A stretch of 63,049 bases of DNA, filler included, from Olpidium bornovanus S191 (taxonomy: Eukaryota > Fungi > Olpidiomycota), in assembly GCA_017911155.1 (NCBI GenBank). It is 27 parts of 27 records of this genome, joined end to end, with 100 filler letters (N's around TTAATTAATTAA, not from the genome) between each part and the next. Parts side by side here need not be neighbours in the genome. Positions count along the whole stretch, not along the records: positions 12,077 to 13,709 come from JAEFCI010001789.1; positions 13,810 to 18,104 come from JAEFCI010004816.1; positions 18,205 to 20,040 come from JAEFCI010005770.1; positions 20,141 to 23,658 come from JAEFCI010003708.1; positions 23,759 to 27,452 come from JAEFCI010009430.1; 22 more parts are not named here. One strand, 5' to 3'. Positions 12,689-24,745 of this stretch are shown in pieces. Numbering within the stretch: the first letter of the stretch is position 1; every line of letters starts with the position of its first letter. The notes under the pieces are model-generated. The model was given only the letters and a program-made list of their open reading frames with translations. It was not told the origin of the DNA and searched no databases. Position numbers and translations under genes: made by a program.

Positions 12689-14086
12689 CGTCCGTCGTAA
12701 CCGAGCAGCCCCATCCCCGCCCCCTTCGACCTCCCCCCCGCCCCTCCCGACACCGCGCGAGGGAACTGGCCCCGCCTTGGTAACGGGGAAGGAACGCGTC
12801 TTCCCCGTTTGCCGCGGATCGAATAAAATGGCGGAGCGGGCGATGCGCGGCGGGCCCTCGGACTCGCCAAAACAAACCCCTTCGGGCTTTTCGCGAAAGT
12901 CGAACCCCGCAGCGGGGGCAAAAAACGTGCGGAAAACCGGCGCTTGGCCCGCAAGCCCGTGTACTGAGCTCGCCGGTGCGCTTCGCGCACCCCGAGCGCG
13001 CGTTTTGCATCGTCCGCTTCGCGCATCCCGCGCGCGCGCACGCTCGCTTGCAACGCGCGTCTGACCTTTGCAATCATTGTTCGCCTCGACCTCCCGGACT
13101 CATCCGCGAACCGAGGCGCGATTTGCGCGCTCTCGGCAGGCCGGCCTTGTTTTTTTTTTTTTGTTTTTTTTGCCAACTCCCGCGCGCCCCGTGCGGGAGC
13201 CCTGCTCCAAGCAAGAGTCCGCACCCTACGGAAGTTAATTACGCATTCGGCCGTCCTTTGTCAATTGGCCGCAGACTATCCCCGACCGGGGCCAAATGTC
13301 GCGGCGCCGTGCATTTCTCGTACGAGGCGGGCTTGAGGAAGCAGACGCTTCTGAGCCGCACGCCGCGAAAGCGCAGCGGGGTTCCTGACTATGACCCTTC
13401 GCGTCATAGTGCGCACGACGGTGTGGTCTCGGTCTCGGTACCGGAGGCCGGAAGCACGGCACTTTTATCGGATTGCGTAAATCAGCTGCCCCCGCATCGG
13501 CCGCGCCGTTGTTTGGAAACCCAATCAAGGCGCCCGATGACAACAAGGAGAAGTCCTTCTCAATAAAGGGCACAATGTCAGATGATTCTACCTTTGCATC
13601 GGTAGTTGAAAAACATATTTTGTATTGCCTCCCAGGCCTCATAATCCTTGACTCGCTCCAACGCATTGTTAACACGGACCGCTGCTGGGCTCGACACTCT
13701 GGGGCATGANNNNNNNNNNNNNNNNNNNNNNNNNNNNNNNNNNNNNNNNNNNNTTAATTAATTAANNNNNNNNNNNNNNNNNNNNNNNNNNNNNNNNNNN
13801 NNNNNNNNNAAGACACAGAACCGCCCGGGCGTGTCGGACTTTCCGAAGCTGCCCACTGCCGCTTTTGGTCTTGAAACGGCGGCGCGCCTCGGCCTAGACA
13901 GCTGGAAAAAACACGGCCAACAACACCATGACGGGCATTGTGCACAAAAAGAGAAAAAGCGACCGGGGAGATATTTTACAGTGCAGGTTTCCCTTGCGTG
14001 CATGTGCTTCTATAGAACATCTAAAAGCCGGGAAGACGGTTGCGCGACGGAGCCGACAAACAAACAAACGAAAAAAAGGGAATTCA

Positions 14087-15304
14087 TTACGGCGGCACGA
14101 CCCTCGAGGCGGCCTTCCGCAGGCGGTTCATGACGGCCATGCCGGCAGCCTCGTCCGGAAAGCCTTCGACGAGGATGACGTCGACGCCGCTGGCGTCCAT
14201 CTCGCGCAGGCCGGCAAACAGATTCCGGGCCGCGGCGTCGGGCGAAGAGCCGAGGACGGCGGTTCGAACGGTCGCCGAGCCGCCCCCGGCGGCCGCGAGG
14301 TCCTCCTCCAGCGCGGCGTCGGGAGCGTCGGCGGCCAGGAGGACGCCGACGAAGCGCGCCGACCCGGCGCGCGCCAGGTCCGCGACCTCCTTGCGGAGCC
14401 TGGCCGCGACCGAGTCCCTGGACCGTCGGCCGGGGGCGGGTTCGAAGAGGATCACGCTCGCGTCGGGGGAGTAGTGCCTGTACTTCATGCCGGGCGTCGT
14501 GGGGGCCTCCTCGAGCGTCGCGTCGACAAAGTCCCTGCTGTAGACCAGCAGCCCCTCCAGGCCCTTGCAGGCGGCCAGCTGCTCGTACGTGACGCCGCCG
14601 GGGCGGAGGATGGCCGGCGGGGAGCGCAGGGCGTCCAGGACGGTGCTCTCGACGCCGACGTCGCACGGGCCGCCGTCGACGACCATGGGAATCCGGCCGG
14701 CCAGGTCGCGCAGCACGTGGGCGGCGGTCGTCGGGCTGGGGCGGCCGGAGGCGTTGGCGCTCGGCGCGGCGAGCGGGAAGCCGCAGCTGGCGATGAGCGC
14801 GCGCGCCAGCGGGTGCGCCGGCATGCGCACGGCCACGGTCGGCTGCCCCGCGGTCACGGCGTCCGGGACGGAGGGGTGCCGCGGGAGGATGATCGTCAGC
14901 GGGCCCGGCCAGAAGCGCGCCGCGGCCTCGCGGTAGGCCTCGGGCAGCTCCGCCGCCGGCGCCGGCAGCAGGGACCGCAGCTGGTCCAGGTCCGAAACGT
15001 GCACGATGAGGGGGTTGTCCGCCGGCCGGCCCTTGGCGGCGAAGATCTTCCGGGCCGCCCCGGCGCACAGCGCGTTCCCCGCCAGCCCGTACACCGTCTC
15101 GGTCGGCACCGCCACGACCTCCCCGCGCCGGAGCAGTTTCGCCGCCGGCTCCAGTTCCGGCACCTGCGGGACAGAAGCGCCTGGCTCGCCGCCGCCGCCG
15201 CCGCCGCCGTACTTCACCCGCGCGGCCGGCGGAACCGGGACCGCCAGCACCTCGGTGCGGCTGTAGCGGACCCCGGCGGCGGGTGCGTCCTCGGCTTCGG
15301 CCAT
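14087..15304 (-). CDS. SUA5: Threonylcarbamoyl-AMP synthase (YrdC + Sua5 domains), intronless
   Basis: VAVPTETVYGL, AKGRPADNPLIVH, APSANASGRPSPTTA, GVESTV and PGMKYRHYSP, plus a C-terminal Sua5 domain. First AUG is at 15304. Confidence 0.95.
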   Translation of the reverse strand: MAEAEDAPAAGVRYSRTEVLAVPVPPAARVKYGGGGGGGEPGASVPQVPELEPAAKLLRRGEVVAVPTETVYGLAGNALCAGAARKIFAAKGRPADNPLIVHVSDLDQLRSLLPAPAAELPEAYREAAARFWPGPLTIILPRHPSVPDAVTAGQPTVAVRMPAHPLARALIASCGFPLAAPSANASGRPSPTTAAHVLRDLAGRIPMVVDGGPCDVGVESTVLDALRSPPAILRPGGVTYEQLAACKGLEGLLVYSRDFVDATLEEAPTTPGMKYRHYSPDASVILFEPAPGRRSRDSVAARLRKEVADLARAGSARFVGVLLAADAPDAALEEDLAAAGGGSATVRTAVLGSSPDAAARNLFAGLREMDASGVDVILVEGFPDEAAGMAVMNRLRKAASRVVPP

Positions 15305-15584
15305 TGCGGACCCCGCTGCTCGCGCGGCGGCGGCGGCGGCGGCGCTCGGAACCGGAGCAAAGGAGGAGGAGGAGGAGGAGTTCAGGCACCTGCCGAGCCG
15401 GCCCGCGAGGCGGCGTCGCGCGGCCCTGGCGACGGCGGGCCGCCCGGGAGAAGGGCCTGCGACGGCGAACCTGGCCGCCAAACCTCGCGCGAGACGGGGG
15501 CCGCAGCCTGGCAGGACAGAGAAATTCTTCGCGAAACGGGAAAGGGGGAGGAGGGGGCGCGCGCGTGGGTCAACGGTTTTTGTT

Positions 15585-15615
<31 letters not shown>

Positions 15616-15673
15616 GTTGTCTTTTGGGCGGGAGAAGAGCCGGGCCAACCCGATCGGGGCGGCGTTCCGGTCA

Positions 15674-15685
15674 GGTCACGTGACC
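15674..15685. promoter_or_regulatory. Palindromic E-box GGTCACGTGACC in the SUA5/PNG1 divergent promoter
   Basis: 12-bp perfect palindrome containing the Cbf1/USF-type core GTCACGTG. Confidence 0.55.
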
Positions 15686-16232
15686 GCGACGCCCAACCCA
15701 CTTTTCGGCCGTTGGGAGCAGCCCCCCAGCGCGGGCGTTTTTCGGGGCGAAAACCCTTTCCGAGACGCACCCCCGGATTTTCTGCAGGAGCCGCCCCGAC
15801 TCTCTCTCTGTGTCTCTCTCTCTCTTTCTCTCTCTTTCTGCCTCCGTCTCTTTCTCCGATCCGCGGGAGACCTCGCCGTCGGCCCGGCGTGTGCAGCCTT
15901 GCTCCTCGGTCCCTTCCGGTTGATTGGCGACGAGCGGCCTCTCCGTTGTCCCGTTTCACGGTGTGAAATTTCGCGGACTTTGGAAACCCTTCCCGGGCTG
16001 TGCGTCTGTCGGCGCGGGGGGACATTTTTTTCTGATATTAATTTTTATTATTATTATTATTATTTCTTTTTTTTTAACACGCGCTCTTTGCGTTACGCGT
16101 CTCCGTCTCCTCCGTGGAACGCGGCTGGAGAAAGAAGGAGAGAAAGACCGAGAGGCGGAGAGATCAAGGCGAAGAGGCAGAACGGGGAGGGAACGCCCCG
16201 GCGGAGTCCCGCAGCACCGGGCGGCTGCGCCG

Positions 16233-18060
16233 ATGGACCAGCAGCAGGCCGTCTCGGCGGTCGCGTCGCGTCTGGCGCGCGCGCTCGCGTCCGGCCTGCC
16301 GCCGCCTTCGCCTTCCGCGGGGGAGCAGCGCGGCGCGTCGTACTCGCCGCAGGAGCCGCGCACCTGCGCCCTGCTCCTGGAGGACGCGTTCCGCGGCGCC
16401 GTCCCGGGGCGCGAGGGCCCCGAGTTCGCCTTCCTGGGCGCCCTGTGCGCGACGCCGCAGCAGCGGTCGTTCCTGGGCCGCCTGCGCGCCTCGCTGCTGG
16501 CGGCGCTGCAGCACGGCGAGCGCGGGGTGCAGGAGGCCGCGCTGGCGAAGCTGCCCGAAGAGCTGCGGCGGCGGGAGAGGCCCGCGGCGGCGGAGGAGGA
16601 GGAGGAGCGGGGGGAGGAATCCGGCGGGAGGCCGGCCGCGGAGGGCGGCGGCGGCGGCGCGGGGCAGGAGGAGGAGGAGGACCCGCAGCTGCGCCTCGCG
16701 AAGCGGCTCCTGCGGTGGTTCAAGGGCGACTTTTTCAAGTGGGTCGACTCGCCGGACTGCCGGCGCTGCCCGGCCAAGGGCACGACCCGCGCAGCGGGCG
16801 CGCTGCCGCCGACGCCGATCGAAGTCATCTACGGGGCCCACCGCGTCGAGGCCCACAGGTGCTCGGCGTGCGGCGGGACGACGCGGTTCCCGAGGTACGG
16901 GTACACGGGGAAGCTGCTGGAGACGAGGAGCGGGAGGTGCGGTGAGTGGGCAAACGTGAGTCCGCGCGGAGACCGGGTTGAAGAGTGAGGGGGTGGTGCG
17001 GAGAGGACGAAACGCTCGGACCTTCCCCCGGGACGGGGCCGCTGCCCTGAGGCCGGAACCAGCTCTCTGAGTTGCGCTCTACCCGGCCTTAGGTGTTCAC
17101 CCTGATCGCGCGAGCGGTCGGTTTCGAGGCTCGCTACGTTGTTGATTGGACAGATCACGTCTGGACGGAGGTTCGGGCCCCGGGCTGGTTCTCCTCTTGA
17201 GTTTCGCTCTCGGCCGAAAAAAAAAAAAAAAGGCTGAAGTTTGCCTTCCCCCTCTCCCGTCCTCGCCCGTGCAACCCGTCGTCACGCCAGCTGTTCATCG
17301 AGAGGCAGCAAAGATGGGTGCACGCTGATCCTTGCGAAGCTATTCTCGGTGTGTGTGTGTGTGTGTGTGTGTTTTACGATCAAAGTTTACTTCCCTTTCC
17401 CCCACCCCTTCGATTCGCCTGACGTGGAAAGAAAATTGTTTTTCTGTTGTTGTTTTTTTTGGTCACATCGGGTGCCGGGGGGGGGGGCCCTCTTTCGCAG
17501 ACGAGCCACTCGTGTACGAGCAAGGATGGGGAAAGAAGCTGTCGTATTGCATCGCGTTCTCGGACGAGGAGGTCGTGGACGTCACTCTCCGCGTAAGAGC
17601 TTTAGATCTTCCCCCCTTCCCCCTCCGCGATCTCGATGATCTTCGGTTCCCGCAGGGCAAATAACAGCCGGTTTTTGAATCATCCGGGCCTCGCTCTATT
17701 CTGCTAGTACACGACGAGGTGGGACGACGTCCGAACGCGGCGGACGGCGGTGGACGAGGATTGGCTCCGGACGGTGCGTCTATTCGGCTAGGGGGCTTCA
17801 CGGCGTTTTCCCGCCGCGGGGAGCCGGCTAGCCGGATGCGGAGCAGCGATTTAACTTGGGGTGAAAACAAGGCACTTTTTTTTAATGTTTACCTGGTTCT
17901 TCTCGAAAAAAAAAAAAAAAAATTCTCGTCCAGGCGCTCGAGGTGATCTGCGCCGGCCGGCGAGGCAGGCTGCCGCCGGCGCGGCAGCAGGTGCTGATAA
18001 GTCGCGCCGAGAGAGAACGAGAGGGACCTCGCGCGCGCAGGGCGAAACGAACGCGGGCGG
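16233..18060 (+). CDS. PNG1: Peptide:N-glycanase (exons 16233-16955, 17093-17170, 17291-17348, 17501-17592, 17708-17773, 17934-gap; 3' truncated)
   Basis: [14 protein letters not shown]; two CxxC pairs (CRRC, CSAC); catalytic RCGEWAN, DHVWTE and HADPCE; [17 protein letters not shown]. Confidence 0.93.
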
Positions 18061-18061
18061 G

Positions 18062-18095
<34 letters not shown>

Positions 18096-18204
18096 CGGGG
18101 TCCGNNNNNNNNNNNNNNNNNNNNNNNNNNNNNNNNNNNNNNNNNNNNTTAATTAATTAANNNNNNNNNNNNNNNNNNNNNNNNNNNNNNNNNNNNNNNN
18201 NNNN

Positions 18205-19604
18205 ACTTCTGTGTCTCAGACCAGATATCTACTGACAATGGACGTCCGGTACCCGGGGATCAGCAAACAGCAAAACTCAGTCTGGCGAATGCTGATGGTT
18301 ATTCTCCGCACCGTGCGGGGGCATGTCGCTGGCGGAGCAACGAATAGGCGTTAGTCATCTCGTCTTCGAATTATGGCCCCATCTCGGCACGTAGTATCAA
18401 CACACCCAGTCATGAACACGAGATCCACCTGCGGCACCGCGGTAGGCAGGAAGTTGATCAGCGATTCGACGAGAGATCGGGGAACGTCGCAATTGAAGTC
18501 GCCATAACGGCCAGCTGGCCGCATGATGGGGCGTCCGAGCAGTCGCGCAGTCTGGTCCGGCGAGTACGGCGGTCTGCAGCAAATCGGTTCAGGGCAATCG
18601 GCCTCGTATCCTTCCTTATAGAAAACGGAAATCACGTATCAAACGATGGATACAGCGAGCGCCAGAGATCAGTGACACATCGGAAACAGCGGTCAGCTAC
18701 TGGGTTGAGAAAGGCACCCGAGGGTATAAATCAAAGCACCTTACCATGTACTCCTCGTCGAAGTGCCAGTCGCTTATATGAACCACATAAAGATGTTTTC
18801 CGCCACGACCAACCTTTGGACCATCAGGGGAGGGAGATTCCGGGGTCCGCGGTGGTATTGCGACAGAAACGTCGGGTGTCTCAAGCTTTGCGCAAAGCTT
18901 TAGCTCGGAACAGATTTTGTCCGGATCGACGGCGGCGCGCACGAGCACTTGGAGCGCCCAGGGGCCAAACTGCGGAATGAGCTCAGCGCAAACCCGGGGG
19001 GTCTGGACACGGAACAGTTCGCACATCTTCGAAGCAACCTCGACAACCGCCGCCTCGGTTTTGTTGCGTAAAAGCGTGTCCTGCAACCTTCGGACTACTC
19101 CGTGGCAGGCCCTGCAAGTAAGCCGCCCAAGTCCCTTGTATTCGCGCCGTGCCATAAAAAAGACAGAAAGAGGTGAGCGTGCAGAGGCGTGACACACGCT
19201 TTAGGCGTGTGGTTAACGTCGCCAACATGCTGAAGCCGCACCTCTAGTTGCACACTCAGAGGCGGCAACGAGCCGTCGGTAAACGGCATCGACAGGGCGT
19301 TTTCGGCGGGCGTGGTGTGCACGGGACACTTCTCTGGCCCGCGGGCGACAAGGCGGCCGTCGACAAAGTTCCACGTGTCGTCAACGCGGTCCGGCGGCCG
19401 AGAGCCAGGCGGCTTTGGCACCAGGACCAGCTTCGCATCGCTCAAGCTATTGTCGAGGTTTAAGAAGGGTGCAGCCAACGCACGCTCTGTTCCAGCGGCT
19501 GTCGGGAGCAGCGTGGACGCCGCGAGCACCGACAGCGCCGCGAGTACCAGGGTGCGACGGATCGCCGGCGCCGGCGACGGCCGCGGAGGAGACGATGACG
19601 TCAT
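18205..19604 (-). CDS. Secreted acid sphingomyelinase-like phosphodiesterase with saposin-B domain (3' truncated)
   Basis: Signal peptide; six-Cys saposin pattern (CRAC..C..C..C..C); VHISDWHFD; C-PEPICC; GRYGDFNCDVP; TGDMPPHDIW assembled across introns. Confidence 0.88.
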
Positions 19605-20140
19605 CGGACTCGCGCGAAACCGTCGAGGAGAGGTCCGGTCGGGGCAATAACTACGCCGCTCGCCGGCCGGCGTGCCTTCCGCCCGCCCAGGGGATTCTTG
19701 CCGTCTCGACGCTCCAATCGGCTCTCGGCGAAGGGAACGTCCGCGACGGTCGCCGGAGATAGCGACGCAGCAAACGACGACTCCGGGCATAGGCGAGCGG
19801 CGCAGGCCGTCGGCGGCCATGTTGAGCGTCTTCTTTTCCTTTTTTTTTGTTCTCTCAGAAAGTTTTTTCTCCGGTTTTATTTTCTTATTTTTGCGCCAGG
19901 GAGGTGATGGCTGGGCGACGTTGTGCGACGCCGAACAACCAACCGCAATAGACACCAACTGACACTACATTCGAGATGCCAACTTCCCTGGAATTGAAAC
20001 GCCGCCCGCCTTCTGAGCCTTTCCAGCAAACAGAAGCATGNNNNNNNNNNNNNNNNNNNNNNNNNNNNNNNNNNNNNNNNNNNNTTAATTAATTAANNNN
20101 NNNNNNNNNNNNNNNNNNNNNNNNNNNNNNNNNNNNNNNN

Positions 20141-22927
20141 CCATGAGCTCAGGAAGTTACATCGAAGAGTGGACCTCATAAGAGACGCGACGGCCAAGGT
20201 ACAGCCTTCTTTTAAACGAAGACTAAATATACGAGCAATTCTACTCACTGACTTTGCGCACTGCAGGTTGGAGGTGTGTACCTCTACGGGAACCAGCAGG
20301 GATGTGACGGCGATCGTCTGTACTACGACGGGTGTGCTCTTGTTGTTGTGAACGGAAAGATTGTGGCTCAGGGATCCCAGTTCTCGCTGGCAGACGTGGT
20401 GAGCCGGCAGGTCAAGCCGAAAACGGTTCTATCTTTTCCGCAGACCACCCATGTATACGCTTGTCCATCTTTCCAGGAAGTTACGGCGGCGACGGTTGAT
20501 CTCGAGGACATCCGCTCGTTTCGGACCTGCATTTCGTCCCGGGGCTTCCAGGCTGCTCTGGGTCCTTCCTACAAACGCATAGACGCGGATATCTCACTGA
20601 GCGGAATAACTCGCCACGCGATTGCGGAGGGACGTGTAAAGGAGATCGCACCCGGTGGTTGTATCGGAGACGGCATGCGCCGCCTGGGAGGCGAAAACGA
20701 AGGAAAAGGCATGGAAGGCGGTCTCGGAATGGGTATGGGCATTGGGATTGTGAGCACGGAATTGGAACCCCGTTACCACACTCCGGAGGAAGAAATCAGG
20801 TGATTACGAGAACATGACCGTGTCCCGTCACGCTCCCCCAGTTCAGCCGGTTGGGTTCGTATGGCTGACTGCGTGACGTCGCGCTCCACTACGTAGCCTA
20901 GGGCCCGCGTGTTGGCTTTGGGATTATCTTCGCCGGTCGAAGCAGTCAGGGTATTTCCTTCCGCTTAGCGGCGGACTCGACAGCGCAAGCACCGCAACTC
21001 TTGTTCACTCGATGTGCCGACTGGTTGTAGAGGAAGCCAAAAAAGGGAGTGAGTTTAAGACGATGAATATGAGTTCGCAAAATAAGTTGAGCAAGCCGAT
21101 GCCAATGTCATTCTCCCTTGCAGACGCGCAGGTTATCGAAGATGCCAGGCGGATAGCCGGAGAGAGTCCGGGCTCGCCGTATTCGCCGACTGATCCGAAA
21201 GAATTTGCGGGGTATCTCGCTTTCATCATGCTCCTACCAAACCTGCAAATCGCCCTCTGTTCACTTATTCAAATGCTATTTTAAGGCGCATTTTCCACAC
21301 GTGCTATCTTGGGACTGAGCATTCCAGCAGGGAGACCAGGCAGCGGGCTAAAGACCTGGCGGCGGCGATAGGAAGGTAAGTTTGGTTTATTTCGATCACA
21401 TGCGCGCTTCACCTCCACCGGCTCTCTGCTTATTTCGCGTCGTTGATAGTTATCACATCGACTGCAACATCGATGACATCGTGAAGTCGATACACACATT
21501 TTTCACCGCGGTCACTGGGAAGACTCCGAAGTTCAAGGTGCACGGAGGGACCGTCGCGGAAGGTTTGGCCCTTCAGAATATACAGGTATGTTGGTAAGCG
21601 CAAGCCGGCAAGGGATCATGGTCACTCTCGAGCTCACGTTACGTCTGGGTGGCATCCCAAAGGCTCGCATGCGAATGGTACTGTCGTACCTGTTTGCCCA
21701 ACTGCTACTCTGGGTTAGGGGCCGCTCCGGTGCCCTTTTGGTGTTAGGCAGCGCCAACGTTGACGAAAGGTTCTGGACTCTGCGTTCCGTACTTTCGAAA
21801 CCGGCCGTACCTGATCTTTTTTTCGTTTTTTTCTGTTGTATTAGTCTGCGCGGATACATGACGAAGTACGACTGCTCGAGCGCCGATATCAACCCTATCG
21901 GAGCCATCAGCAAGAAGGACCTTAGACGCTTTTTGGCCTATGCGCGTGACTCGTTCGACCTGCCGGTCCTCGACGGTTTCCTCCACGCCACGCCTACGGC
22001 GGAGCTTGAACCCACGACCGCAGACTACGTACAGAGCGACGAGGCGGATATGGGTATGACCTACGAAGAGCTGTCCGTATTTGGGCGGCTGAGAAAGGTC
22101 GAGCGCTGCGGTCCTTTCTCCATGTTCGGGAAACTGGTCCGCGACTGGAGAGAAACGTTTTCCGTTTCTGAGGGGAGCGCTTTTTTTCTTTTCTTTTTTT
22201 CTCTTTTTTCTTTTTTTCCTTTTTTTTTTTTTTTTTTTTGAAGAGGGGTGAGCGGTCGCACCGTTTGCTTCTGTTAGCGAAATGGGGCGCAATCGGATAC
22301 GAACCTGCTAACGGGTGCCGCCGTGGGGCAGGTGGCGGACAAGGTCAAGAGGTTTTTCTATTACTACTCGGTAAGAATGACGTGGACGAAGAGACCAGGC
22401 TGCAATCAGAAATATTGCCGTGAGCGGCCTACCTTTCACGACGAGTTGGTACCGCCAAGCTGCCCGAATTCCCCGTACATAACAAACACACTGGTTTTCA
22501 TTCAAACTGCCTGGTCGGACGCGATTTTCAAAAGATCTTTACGTCACGGAACATTCCGTCGTGACAGCAAAGGCTACCGGGACAGTTTGCCTTGGTGCTG
22601 CGCGAAACTCTACACAATCCGCGTTCCAACTCTTCCCCTTCAGCGTTCCGTCAGCCCTGCGTGAATTTTCCGACCCTTTTTTTGCATTCGTTTGAAACGT
22701 TTTTAACTTTTCGAGGGTACGCGTCTGAAACATCGATCCCGTTTCAGATAAACCGCCACAAGCTCACGGTGCTCACGCCTTCCTACCACGCCGAGGCATA
22801 CAGCCCGGACGACAACCGCTACGACCTGCGGCCGTTTCTCTACAACGCCGGGTGGAGCTGGCAGTTCCGCCGCATCGACGAAGAGGTCCGAACAATGGAC
22901 GAGGCCCTGAAGCGCCAGAAGATTTGA
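20141..22927 (+). CDS. QNS1: Glutamine-dependent NAD+ synthetase (multi-exon, 5' truncated)
   Basis: [76 protein letters not shown] and [18 protein letters not shown]. Confidence 0.96.
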
Positions 22928-23597
22928 GTTCCGGAGCTCGTAGAAGGCAAGTACGAAGAGAATTTTACTTTTTTGGCGCGAGCCTGAACGTGTTACGTTC
23001 CATTTTTGCGTTCCCGAAACGTGATGTGCTCTCAGATAAAGCCGTAGGTCGTAATTGGAATTTTGAGACCTGCTCCCGTTTGGTTTATTTCGCTGGGTTT
23101 CTCCGATGAGGGCGTGGTCTGGTCAAGGAAAAAAGGCGGACGGGTGCGGGGAAGGGGGCGGAAGTGGGCAGAGGGGCGGTGCGGTTGTGAACGGGAGAAT
23201 CGGCGGCGCGCCCCGCCCAATGGTACACGGTTGTCGGGGGGCTTGTAACCTGAAGTTCGGCGCGCCCGCGCGCGGTGAAAGACGATGGCGGCCCGAAGGA
23301 ACCTTTGTATTTTTCGGCGTGTGCACGGTTGGTAAATATAAATATAGGGGCTAAAAGAGGACAACTCCCGACAGTTCCATAGTCGACGCGACCGCGTGAG
23401 ACATTTCCGTAAGATGTCGCCAAAATATTGCGTCGCGGGGAAACACCGCAACGTTTTGTTCCCCTCCAGACGACGGGTCCTCGGATTCCCAACCAAGTTG
23501 TCAGAGGAGAGCTCCTTTCGAAACAAAATCCGAAGCCATCGGTCGAAGGAATGACTGCGGGGACTGAAGATCGCAACCTTTTTCTTTTCTTCTCTTT

Positions 23598-23648
<51 letters not shown>

Positions 23649-24061
23649 CCCCTGGGAANNNNNNNNNNNNNNNNNNNNNNNNNNNNNNNNNNNNNNNNNN
23701 NNTTAATTAATTAANNNNNNNNNNNNNNNNNNNNNNNNNNNNNNNNNNNNNNNNNNNNCATGCAGCGGGCGCTCCGTCCGACAGCCAGCGGTGCACGCTC
23801 GTCTGGGTGCTCCCCTTTTTCTCCTGAATGGGAGGGCCGCTCTCGCGGCACGTGCGCCGATTCCTTCCAGATCTTCCGTCTCGTTTCAATCTTCTCGTGG
23901 GATGCGAGTGTGAAATCTTCTTTCTTTTTTTTCGGCCCGATCTTTTCATTTCGCCCCGCCAATGCTCCACAGATCCGGAAGTGCCGCCGACCCTTTCCGG
24001 ATCTTTGTCTCGATTTAGATCATTTCATGAAAGGGAGTGTGAGGTTTTTTTTTTTTTTTTT

Positions 24062-24092
<31 letters not shown>

Positions 24093-24745
24093 GCCGCGAT
24101 CGACGTCGGCGGTGCAGTTGCGTTCGCGCACGCATTTCTTGGGACGCGGCGGACAGATGCAATAACGTGCTGCCGGGCTTCCGCGAATCGAACGGGAATT
24201 TCGGTCTGGGCAACGCGTTCGTTCCGCGGGGGGGGGGGGGGGGGCGGGGGCGGGGACGCGGAGGCCCGAGGGCTCCGCGTGCGCCCGGGCTCCGAAACCC
24301 CCCAAAAAAAACTGAAACCGAAGAAAACCACAAATCTCCTCCCTTTTTGGCGGGTTCCTGCACCCTGTCAAAGTTGTGCGGCGGCGGGGGGGAGTGCCGG
24401 CCTGCCCCCGCAGGTGCGGGGGCCCGCGTTTTCGTATTCATTTTTTCGTTTCGAGCACGCGGCTCGTCGTGCGGCATTCATGCCCAGCTGCCAGCCGGGC
24501 GCGCGGCCGCTGATCATCCGTGCCTCCGCCAACCAATTTTGAGTTTGCCGCCCATCTGGCACGTCCGATCCCCCGCGGGATTCGCTGGCTGGGCCAGTGG
24601 AAAATGGCGTCCCGCCAAACACTAAACGTCGACCTGTTCCGTGCTGAAAATGGAACAAAAAAATTTGGACGGTGTCTGCGCACGTGCCCTCTCGATCAGG
24701 CGTTTGAATGAAGCTGGAGCGCTCTTTTTCGTTATGCAGCTTACG

